64,000 nucleotides of DNA. It comes from a virus (taxonomy: Duplodnaviria > Caudoviricetes). A program made the position numbers and the translations under genes. This document shows, piece after piece, positions 36,201-43,758 of this stretch (the stretch's first letter is position 1; each line of letters starts with the position of its first letter). Where the stretch lies: positions 12,467 to 76,466 of the IMG/VR virus record IMGVR_UViG_2974594805_000001; one strand, written 5' to 3'. The notes beneath the pieces are model-generated. The model saw only the letters and a list, made by a program, of their open reading frames with translations. It had not been told where the DNA came from and did not search any database.

Positions 36201-39200
36201 TCAGCAATGTTCATCTCGATAGACAAGTTTTTGCCACGAATAGAACGCTGAAGAACTGGGTTCGGGTTGTTGTCCACAGTCTCATCGTAACCAAACAGAC
36301 GACGTAGATTCTCGATACCAGAGAACACAGTGGCAGCCGCAGCATCCACATAGTTCGGAGTATCCTGCATCTTCTGAAGAGCTTTACGTTCAACATCAGA
36401 CAGTTGCACACGAGTACGATCCTGTGTCCGAGCCACAGATGTGAGTTTCTCACCCACAGCGTAGATCGGAGCACTGTCACCAAACAACACTTCCTTGGCT
36501 GTCAGTTTCTTACCCGGTCCATTCTCTGCACGAGTAGCATCCCGGATCTCACGCATCTCACCGTTGTTGACGATGATTGTGAAGATATCACGATCACCTT
36601 CTTCACGAGTCGTGGTGACTTTCTCCACCGATACGAGATCTGTGTTCTCACTCAGAGCAGTGAACAGTTCTTTGGCAAAGCCCTGCATCGTACCTTCGAG
36701 ATCATCCACAGCAGACTCTGGATCTTCTTCAATGTCGAGCAGACGCATCAGATCAAAGGCCAGACCATCACCAGCTTGGTTAGGCGGAACACCATTCAGG
36801 ATGGAGTTGAAGTCCCCATCGTTTATGTCGTTCACAGAAACTCCAAGTTTTTCAAGGGTTTCTTCCAAGCGGTTCGGATCAGAGCCTGTGTTGGTCAGCA
36901 GCCAGTCAGCCATAGCCACAGCAGCCATGTCGATGACACGATCACTGAACTCACCGGTCTCAGGATCGACCAGCAGACCAGCTTTGAAGCGACGGAATTG
37001 AGTACGACCATCAAGGATGTGCTGACGGATAGTCTTCGTCACGCCACCATCTTTGACCTTCTTGTCGAGACGAGCACTGAGAGACTCAGCAATGACAGGA
37101 CGCAGAGACTTCACAAACTCTTTGGTTTGAGAATTGAGTGGAGAACCTTCAGTAACTGTCAGAAACTCACCCAAGTTTTTCGGATGAGCTTCTGTATCTT
37201 TGGCTTTGAAAAAGCTGAAGAAAGTCGGGTTTACTCGGTAGTCACCGGATTCGACCTCGCTCCCAGCGTCTTCTGCTGGGGTGGTGTCTCCGTCAACATC
37301 TCCTCCGGTGTCCCCATCTGTGTCGGGCTGTTGTACTTCCGTTTCGGATACTTCAGTGGCAGTTCCAGTTGCTTCGGTTCCGATGAGATCGCCATATACA
37401 TGCTCCAATACTGCTGCGGTTTCAGAGAGATCTCCCTCGATAACCTCAGTGGTGAAGGCCATCTCAGTGGCCACAGCAAACAGTTCCGAAGAGATCTGCT
37501 CCGGAGTACCACGAGTGAATGCATACTCCAATCGACCATTGAAGTAGTTGCTGAGGTTTCCACGCAACGCATTCATTTCGTTGAAAACTTTTCCACCTTT
37601 GAAGAAAGTACGTGCCGACGACACAGGCATATCCCCATCAGGATTCCTATGGTTGTCAACGATGTGACCCACTTCATGTACGAGGACTGCACGACCCTGT
37701 GCTGTCAACTCTTGGTTTTCATCAAACAGATCTTCCCGCATACGAACTTCACGAGTATCGAACACAGCACGTCCCAGATCATTGGCACGAGCAGGCATCA
37801 CATTCAGTACACGCACAGCAGACGCCAGAGGACCGAATACCAGCTTCATCTGGTTCCGGGCATTGTCACGACGTGCCTTGAGAGTCTCACGCATACGAGC
37901 CTTCTCAGCGTCTGTCATTTGATCGACAAAATCATTCCATGGGAGAGTAGCATCAAGCTCGGACTCCTCCGTCTCCGTAGACCCTTCCTCAGTCGCTGTC
38001 GCTCCTTCGTCAGATTCTACGGCCCCGTCGGACCCCTCGATAGTCTGCGAGCGTTCTTCATCACTGAGAGTCCCATCGACATCTGTGTCGAGTTGAATGA
38101 TCTGATCGTTGGACTCAGCAATGATCATTCCTTCGTTCTCATTGAACAGAAGGATACCATCATACCGACCCTCAGCCTTACGCTGTTCAAGTGTCAGAGC
38201 ATTGGCAAGCCAGAAGTCCTGTGGATCCATGCCATCCGGAACTTGTTCCGACAAAGGATTCGCAAGACGGACATTCATACTGATTAGACGAGGTGTACCA
38301 GTCCCATCCCCACGAGCGAACTCACGAGCCAGACCCTTACGAGTCGTCAGGAAAATACCTCCATCCCGGAACTCAGAGAATACTGCATTGGTTCCATGGT
38401 AGAAGGTAATCGGATCACCATTCTCATCAGAGATGATATCGTCTCCGTTGATCTCCATCGGGGGATCTTCACGAGTTATACCATCATCAGTTACATCTGT
38501 ATTTTGACCCTCCTCAGAGACGGCTGGGGCCGTCTCTTCGTCGATAGTCTCCGAGGGGTTTGTTTCCACGGACGAATCAATGTCATTACGGGGGTTTTCT
38601 GTTTGTATTGTTTCTTCTGCTCGGGCGTTCGCTTCGCCCTCGATAGCCGTTGGGCTGTCGTTTTCCTTACGCAAAGTGACTGGAACCACCTCAGACAGAC
38701 CTTCGAAGATCTCCGGGAATTCCTTTTGAATTGAGGCCAGTACGGTCTCTGCTGTCCGGGTGTCGTTCTCGACCTGTTGCGCAAATGCAACACTTCCCGG
38801 AGCACCACGGGAATAACGAACCGGAGCAAAGTAGTTGTCCGGAGAGTCTTTGTCATAGAAACGTTCACCGTTGGCCAAACCAGAGAACTTCACAGTCGGA
38901 CCAGACAGTTGACCTGTCTTCGGATTGACAAAGTTATTGTCGAAGGACTCATTGAGAGCCTCGATCCGGTTGTTCATATGCTGCACGAAGTTACGAAGAC
39001 GTTTCACTTCACGCTGCACAGTTGTCTTGTTGCCTTCACGATCAGTGAATTCCCCAGTCGGAGACTGGAGACCGGTGATGATATTGGCAGCCATATCATT
39101 CACAGAAGGCAGAGTCTTACCACTGCGAGTCTTGAAACCAGCAGCAAGGATAGACCGGGAAGTCTGCTGCACCGACTCTCCTTTGCCGGTGGCTTCGCCT

Positions 39201-41329
39201 TCGCGTGAAAGAGTGACTCCGTTCGATCTCTCGATCTCGATACGGGAGTCCAAGTTACCGTTGATTGCTCGGCTCACGTTGGAAGCAGCACGAGTGATCT
39301 TCAGATCTTGTTCACTGATATTTTCTCCCGACTCTTCCAAGAGTTGATCGGTACGATCAGGATCGACGTTCGCAGGATTGGTCTTCGCCACGTTCACTGT
39401 GGTGGAGACCTCCTGCGGCGTTACCGGACCCGTAGGGGTATTGGTATTCAGATCGAGTTTCTCAGCATCAGCAAGGATCTTAGTTGCAGTCTTTGACGAC
39501 AGGATCTTCCCAATACGCCGTTTGGCACCAACAGGCAGAGATTCTGCCACTTGGCGTAGACGGTTGATCTGGGTAGCAGCAAAAGCTGTATCCTCATCAC
39601 TGGGACGGAAACCTCGCTCAGACATCTTGGCTGTGATACCAGCCACAGTCTCAACAACGTTGTTACCTTCTAAACCAGCAAAACCTTCTGACGGAGTATC
39701 CACAGTGGAGAGGTTTGCCACGACTTGATCGTCAAGGTTTCCTTCATCCACCAGAGAAATGATGGTTTCATTGGCATCCAGTGCATCCTGAGACGCTTGT
39801 GTAGCATCATTGTTGTTCTCACGAGACACAAAGTCTGTTGCGTATGCCACAGCAGGACTCTGTGCGACAGTAGATGCAAGGTTTCTGGCTTGCGTTGTGA
39901 CATTGCCAGCCAAATCACTTGCAGCCTGTGTAGCTCGCTGAGCAGGTGAAGCTGTTCCTACAATGTCCTGACGCAGAGGATCATTGAACTGAGTCTCAGT
40001 GAAGAGAGCATCAGCAGCATTTCGTGCTTGGTTTGCAATGACACGGCCAGTTGCCGTACCAGTCTGCACAGCCATACGAGGTGAACCAAGTGCAGCAGCA
40101 GTACCCATACCTGCCAGAGCACCGATTGCAGCCTCTTCACCAACACCCTCGAATGTGGCTCGACCAATGTTTGCCATCTCTTCGACAGCAACGTTCCGGT
40201 TCACAGTGGCAGAACCACCTTGCAGAGCTTCTTCAACACCTTCACCTGCAACTTGCAGGAGGTTTTGAGCAATAGAGTTTCCACGGAAAGCAGCAGGCCC
40301 CAGAGCTTCAAAGCGATTGGTTACATAACCAAAGGCAATGGTAGGAGCGATCTGACGAACAGCAGCCGTTTCAGCAGTGATACCAGCCAGTTGTACCCGT
40401 GCTTCTTCGGGTGTCATATCCGGATTCTCATCCATGATGGCTTGAAATACCGGTGAAGTCTCAGACAGTACCTCGATAGGAACACCCATCACATCCTGCA
40501 CAGTCTCACTGTAGAGGTTTGTGACTTCAGGAGCACCTGTGGCAGCAGAGATGGCCGTAGCTTGAGCCACACGCTGTGCCAGTGCATTCTGGGTCATACG
40601 GGCTGTCATGCCCTTGGCTACGGCTCCTGACGCTCCACCGAGTGGTGCAGTGAAAACCATAGAACCAATAGACTCAGCGATGATGTTCCCTGCAAGAGAA
40701 GGATCACGGGTAAACCGTTCCACAGCATTCAGGGCATCACGACCTTGGTGAGCTAAACCAGCAAACAAAGGTGAATCACCTTCAGCCAGATCTCGCTCGT
40801 ACTGAGCTTGAGAGTCTGCCCGGTCAAGTTCACCTTCAATGGCTTCAAAATACCGACGGTCTTGGAGTTCTTGAGACAGATTCTGCTCTTGCATTCCTGC
40901 CACGATATCACCGTGAGCAGCCAAAAGTTCAGCAGATCGACGACGACCACCGTCTAGACCTTCATCGTTCCACCATGCACGAGCATAAGAATCAGCGATG
41001 ATACCGATTGAACCAATGTCTCGATATGCACCAATGGATGCAGACTTGGCGATATCCAGAGCACGTTCACCGAAACCCTGTTCTGCATTATCAGACTGTT
41101 GAAGACGATCACGTCCGTCCATCAGACGGTGACGGTTCATTGCAACCTCGTTGCCATACTTGGCAGCAAGTTCCAGTTGCGACATTTCACGAAGATCTGT
41201 GTGAAGTTCAGTCTGAGCTAGGTCATTTCCTCGATCTTCAGCGACAGCAGCAATGTCTTGCGTAACGGTATCACGCAGAGATTCCGCAATGATGTCATCG
41301 GGAGACGGAGTTCGAGGAGTATCGACCAT
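30290..41329 (-). CDS. Virion-encapsidated RNA polymerase (N4 gp50-like), 3679 aa
   Basis: Start read from the reverse complement at 41329 (MVDTPRTPSPDD); single-subunit RNAP motifs TKVGR, FELDGLTNG, RNSSKNPMTKVNYG, IFDG; no Cys seen. Confidence 0.97.
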   Translation of the reverse strand: MVDTPRTPSPDDIIAESLRDTVTQDIAAVAEDRGNDLAQTELHTDLREMSQLELAAKYGNEVAMNRHRLMDGRDRLQQSDNAEQGFGERALDIAKSASIGAYRDIGSIGIIADSYARAWWNDEGLDGGRRRSAELLAAHGDIVAGMQEQNLSQELQDRRYFEAIEGELDRADSQAQYERDLAEGDSPLFAGLAHQGRDALNAVERFTRDPSLAGNIIAESIGSMVFTAPLGGASGAVAKGMTARMTQNALAQRVAQATAISAATGAPEVTNLYSETVQDVMGVPIEVLSETSPVFQAIMDENPDMTPEEARVQLAGITAETAAVRQIAPTIAFGYVTNRFEALGPAAFRGNSIAQNLLQVAGEGVEEALQGGSATVNRNVAVEEMANIGRATFEGVGEEAAIGALAGMGTAAALGSPRMAVQTGTATGRVIANQARNAADALFTETQFNDPLRQDIVGTASPAQRATQAASDLAGNVTTQARNLASTVAQSPAVAYATDFVSRENNNDATQASQDALDANETIISLVDEGNLDDQVVANLSTVDTPSEGFAGLEGNNVVETVAGITAKMSERGFRPSDEDTAFAATQINRLRQVAESLPVGAKRRIGKILSSKTATKILADAEKLDLNTNTPTGPVTPQEVSTTVNVAKTNPANVDPDRTDQLLEESGENISEQDLKITRAASNVSRAINGNLDSRIEIERSNGVTLSREGEATGKGESVQQTSRSILAAGFKTRSGKTLPSVNDMAANIITGLQSPTGEFTDREGNKTTVQREVKRLRNFVQHMNNRIEALNESFDNNFVNPKTGQLSGPTVKFSGLANGERFYDKDSPDNYFAPVRYSRGAPGSVAFAQQVENDTRTAETVLASIQKEFPEIFEGLSEVVPVTLRKENDSPTAIEGEANARAEETIQTENPRNDIDSSVETNPSETIDEETAPAVSEEGQNTDVTDDGITREDPPMEINGDDIISDENGDPITFYHGTNAVFSEFRDGGIFLTTRKGLAREFARGDGTGTPRLISMNVRLANPLSEQVPDGMDPQDFWLANALTLEQRKAEGRYDGILLFNENEGMIIAESNDQIIQLDTDVDGTLSDEERSQTIEGSDGAVESDEGATATEEGSTETEESELDATLPWNDFVDQMTDAEKARMRETLKARRDNARNQMKLVFGPLASAVRVLNVMPARANDLGRAVFDTREVRMREDLFDENQELTAQGRAVLVHEVGHIVDNHRNPDGDMPVSSARTFFKGGKVFNEMNALRGNLSNYFNGRLEYAFTRGTPEQISSELFAVATEMAFTTEVIEGDLSETAAVLEHVYGDLIGTEATGTATEVSETEVQQPDTDGDTGGDVDGDTTPAEDAGSEVESGDYRVNPTFFSFFKAKDTEAHPKNLGEFLTVTEGSPLNSQTKEFVKSLRPVIAESLSARLDKKVKDGGVTKTIRQHILDGRTQFRRFKAGLLVDPETGEFSDRVIDMAAVAMADWLLTNTGSDPNRLEETLEKLGVSVNDINDGDFNSILNGVPPNQAGDGLAFDLMRLLDIEEDPESAVDDLEGTMQGFAKELFTALSENTDLVSVEKVTTTREEGDRDIFTIIVNNGEMREIRDATRAENGPGKKLTAKEVLFGDSAPIYAVGEKLTSVARTQDRTRVQLSDVERKALQKMQDTPNYVDAAAATVFSGIENLRRLFGYDETVDNNPNPVLQRSIRGKNLSIEMNIAETQALLSAAGNPSNRMPVYFPYGITKVGRHQAQGPNPQSNKVMRAVVAPTWSTVDVTDLDNFWIAVGQASDIGGINKAEKLSHADIIANASEKFYAKFGDAVPHIKNLIRSGEVDQDALFETTGVIEPQQLKAIIAVAQLEMAVEDGASTFDTSLSFELDGLTNGVANMMVNFGQGELTPEDYSNFQKVGFFIGKMGETVNKYYAKAGSLDMYETVSRLGDKMLGNMKGLEPWQQEQRGAAVRLAATIGNFDIDEESGVITMSRNSSKNPMTKVNYGSGVRGVAVGVADDMMLKFYEEMQKRPPEVPVDEYFYPGFKKDMETMGLIIDDKPSRSKVFDKESIKKFRTRIQYTIGDTLTEATQQVIGEKINEFNDLMVFSTNVQSQYLRDIYEIRLNELAERLENEGIIKSKKNLSQIPRKYFRELELELGQMAPLFVSDDQTLAIGGFQKGRGLIRTSSNFDEQINDFAYMRLPDDVGVRSIPFSVIGSGDAMMMNYIFGTEGAPDDVLGIFDGLDIPLSKIQDYAPRVNQAVSQTWQRDVMSMAVENFRGFINSDVDADILSQAYQKVMDKNKKSSVTASNVADLMVQLDQRLAANKARKAVFKTVAASVDQMGGSDVGYTREGREVGFTELNVLIAREMEGKPAEVQEDVRAEVFETKADAFLKSLRFTAKQKQVLDIIMPGLSDETRVVLGTVDQIRDWQTQNNPDNGAIMTDANGAYDHVNDIVYLTTDKPETVLHEMVHAATFKRVENHYNGDRQAAVTRMESLMRDFLKIEDGGQTVRDAQAAILRHVNQTDPTRQAMAVNEFMAYVLANSQVRRKAEKTTPLQAIGEKLIALMRRLMGGVSRDMFTQTAFNTKIIIDPPLDDVTGGGGNGDGGSGDGGDLTPMSNNYTNYWIEKLVGYIDGLGDDATGTRRRRDTAQDILNADAVIDSLRQAGMLRNPEDRQTFRAIYGIMKSEMTLDPNSLIALTKVFQHVEENMTPEMFGSGSEAGNEYSAVINSFGSFKRGDTSDAVAVMFALQQTSQKFRDVVAQIPEPETQQVTGTLNSYLHRGTQIFMSKLMGSIQDGAPQEVLDGLKQTLIEANNEKEYAVLRGVTKTLDAADNLISNRFEKAAVGMRNIDAQVKAEQEGSMKQYLTSSVTFITNFLDDTGTALTGQAAQRAAHAGIPILSMVPVRELVDEFVGTNKDNEEVVAMMDVVNAKVTGMRQGYREQLPGIFNRQFREAPVPEQWASMQRTLGNTDFTRYVDVNNLQPSLQMLEEGAARRRQISILENQLQGVLSPSNFNDMKEKAQQLADFMNKKSVGKLLVRNAYAIAKNLEGDVSDQVVEWIDELITMYAIDTMDADVREITVQLWQNDADGIRPMIAYMQYLNQQEDAKAVGEAARLNGYKGYLPNVGRENHRIVVAEDSMEEDMLHRGYKKVAPFTGDVNNAFPRSYYVTNISQQGAYSQGVMQNVSSTYRGVDVNTGLTVTGDAVGFISGEDVVNQVAEELVLDSYELEDPNETLMPVFDGEGAIVGFERSVNPVLSEALLGRDENLATNLGAWAGRQVEESLAYEYNRALVDKLDEMWQNRETGTDDQFVNLKTTTDPIYKESFKLIPHEIKSYMDSKFDGQGPMIMESMVNLSVGYREASVADLWTGKTRMPKELVKTVQAVTRQQFGQKSLRTLMVQAEQGFQGIVSDAKDIIVVKSLVVPVANTQANIIQLSTNGVPNKKIVQGYRKKLAEITEFNKNDVKLKELENQRRMTQDPRRQRLIDDKIQVINDLNAKMSIAPMIAAGAYKQLSEGITDLDRAQTNGGLADWLESKADQLPDTLGNIAKIGMVSKSTDLYRAANRATQYGDFLAKSIYYDHLLDQGLDPVAAIRVMNEEFVNFSALPGRTRSMLERNGLSWFMAFKIRIAKIAAKQMRNNPFRAMALNSITDTGSPIQDNIFTVIGEGRMDYATGYEMLWGAPELNPWVNLMSD

Positions 41330-41391
41330 TGTATGAACCTACGATTAGGATTGTCCCCTCGTATTTTCACACAATGGTCAGGTTTTCAAGA

Positions 41392-43281
41392 TCATTCAGC
41401 ACGAGAACGACGTTGTTCAACGTCTGCAATCTGCCCAGTGATGTTGTTCAACTGAGTTTGCAGTGCTCGATACTGTGCAGAACCTTCCGGATACTGAGCC
41501 AACTGAGCACGGATAAGCTGTGCTTGGCTCCGGAGAGAACCCAGTTCCTGTTCCATAACCTGCACAGAACGTTGGCTTTCACGGAAGTCACGTTCATCAC
41601 GCTGGTCGATAGTACCAATGATCTCGTCGATACGGTCTCTATCGAAACGATTCGACAGAGTGTTCCGACCCGAGGGATCACGCTCAAAGCCACGAACAAA
41701 GGCAGCAGCAGCAACTTCAGGACGAACGTTGTTCCGACGTGCAGCGTCTTCGATCATACGATCCAGTTGGTTCACGTCAAAACCAGACTCACCAAATCCA
41801 AGGATTGAAGTTGGGTTTTCAGGATCTGAATCAAGACCAAGACGATCAGCAACATTCTGACCAACAGTTGAAGTATCAGTGGCAGCCAGACGATCTGCAT
41901 CAGCGAAGACTGCGAACCGTGGGTTTGCTTCATTGGCTGCATTTGCAGCTTCCACAGCACCTTCGACCAGAGCAACAGTCTCTGGATCCTCAGATACGTT
42001 GGGACGAAGACGACCCGGATCCTGTTCAATCAGACCACGGAGAGTCTCATACCGTGCCTCGTTTTCAGTTGCTGTGAAGCGATCATCAGCAAAGGTAGCA
42101 CGACGAAGATCTTCAATCGTGTTGATCTCTGGATTGTCCAGAAGTTGTTGGTTCGCAGTTGCTGTAAGCTCTTGAAGAGTCTCGTTATTTCGACGAGTTT
42201 CCAGTTCCAGCAATTCAGCAGAACGCTGTTCACCTGCTTGCTGAGCACCAGACAGAGCAGCATCAATCTGATCAGAGCGAAGACCAGCAGCAAGAAGCTG
42301 TTCTCGTGCCTGCATCATTGGTGTGGCGATCTGAACACCGTTACCACCACCTTTTTCAGACGACCACTCACGGAAACGTCCCACATTCATGTTACGAAGG
42401 AATGGATTGGCTTCGATCACATTGGCAGGAAGAACATCAACCAGACGAGTATCATCTGATTGTGTCAGCACAGACCGTGCTCCACCCAAACCAAGGAAGT
42501 GAGCAGCATAGAGATTGCCCTCAGTAATCGGAATGTTCGAATTCTGAAGACCTTGCATATTCACTTCAGTAAAGCGACGCAAAGCACGTTGAGACTGAGC
42601 CGGGTCAGTACGACCATCAGCAGTCAGACCCAGATCAGGGTGATCACGCATCATCTGTTGCCATGTCGAGTCAATGAATTGACCCAGACCAGTAGCAGAA
42701 GACCGTGGGTTTCGTGCATTTGGATTACCACTAGACTCAGATTGAATGGTGGCTGCCAGATAGTTTTCGAAAGCATCACCACCAGTCTGAGTGATTGGGC
42801 CAACCACATCACCATGTTCACGACGGAATTGCTGTGATTCTTGGATCAGACCAGCAGCAGCACGAAGTGCTTGGTCATCAGAATAAGCCTGATCCCTCAG
42901 ACGGTTAGCGTCTGCTTCTTGTCCTTGAGCAATAGCCAGACGACCATCACGGTTCCCGATGATCGAACGGTCATTCATGAAGCCCAGTGTTGCAGCACGC
43001 TGTCCCAAGAGACGTTCACGCATACCATCAGAGATCTGGAGATCACTCAGACCACCACCAGCAAGGAATGCATCCAGTTCAGCTTCATCATTGATGCCTG
43101 CCAAACGGTGTGCAGCCTCTGCATCACCAGCAGCTTCACGACCTGCTTGGTAACGGCCAAGAATGTCACTCGCAGCATTTGCAGCGTTGTTGAAACCCTC
43201 ATTGGCCTGCCGAAGCAGAGGAGCCACATTGGGCTGTGCGGTTGCGAGTTGCCGCCATTGAAGTCGTGCGTCACGAGTCAT
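41392..43281 (-). CDS. Ejection/internal virion protein with lytic transglycosylase domain (N4 gp51 position)
   Basis: IQSESSGNPNARNPRSSATGLGQFIDSTW and LYAAHFLG are lysozyme-like/SLT motifs. Confidence 0.85.
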   Translation of the reverse strand: MTRDARLQWRQLATAQPNVAPLLRQANEGFNNAANAASDILGRYQAGREAAGDAEAAHRLAGINDEAELDAFLAGGGLSDLQISDGMRERLLGQRAATLGFMNDRSIIGNRDGRLAIAQGQEADANRLRDQAYSDDQALRAAAGLIQESQQFRREHGDVVGPITQTGGDAFENYLAATIQSESSGNPNARNPRSSATGLGQFIDSTWQQMMRDHPDLGLTADGRTDPAQSQRALRRFTEVNMQGLQNSNIPITEGNLYAAHFLGLGGARSVLTQSDDTRLVDVLPANVIEANPFLRNMNVGRFREWSSEKGGGNGVQIATPMMQAREQLLAAGLRSDQIDAALSGAQQAGEQRSAELLELETRRNNETLQELTATANQQLLDNPEINTIEDLRRATFADDRFTATENEARYETLRGLIEQDPGRLRPNVSEDPETVALVEGAVEAANAANEANPRFAVFADADRLAATDTSTVGQNVADRLGLDSDPENPTSILGFGESGFDVNQLDRMIEDAARRNNVRPEVAAAAFVRGFERDPSGRNTLSNRFDRDRIDEIIGTIDQRDERDFRESQRSVQVMEQELGSLRSQAQLIRAQLAQYPEGSAQYRALQTQLNNITGQIADVEQRRSRAE

Positions 43282-43291
43282 GGGCTATTCC

Positions 43292-43756
43292 TTACAGGCT
43301 GTGCTCATCCAGATAGGCTTGGGTATCACCCTCACCTTGTCCAGAATACGCATGACGAGCACGGATGCGGTCTTCGAGTGCCGTGTTGTACGTCTGTGTT
43401 TGGTTTGCGAGGTTGGTATTCCACTGTTCACGAGCGAACGACATTTGTTCCTTGGCCATCTTGTGAGCCTGATAGGAGTTCCACAGGTTGCCGAGTACCT
43501 GCACACCACCCAGAATCAGACCAGCACCACCATTTTGAGACCAGAAGTTCCCTGAACCACCTGTCTGTGCTGGGTTTGTGGCTCCACCCGGAACAGTCGG
43601 AGAATCCACAGTGACGTTAGGCATTGCCGATGCACCAGAAGCTCCCATGGTAGGAGCTTGAATCTGTTCACCCATTGCAAAACCAAGAGAACCCATCTGG
43701 TTCCCGTTGGTCGTGGCTGAACTGTAGTTTCCGAAAGAGAGATTTGGCGTTGTCAT
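43292..43756 (-). CDS. Small internal virion protein (N4 gp52-like)
   Basis: Synteny; Gly-rich N-terminus, hydrophobic helix, C-terminal YNTALEDRIRAR. Confidence 0.75.
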   Translation of the reverse strand: MTTPNLSFGNYSSATTNGNQMGSLGFAMGEQIQAPTMGASGASAMPNVTVDSPTVPGGATNPAQTGGSGNFWSQNGGAGLILGGVQVLGNLWNSYQAHKMAKEQMSFAREQWNTNLANQTQTYNTALEDRIRARHAYSGQGEGDTQAYLDEHSL

Positions 43757-43758
43757 GT

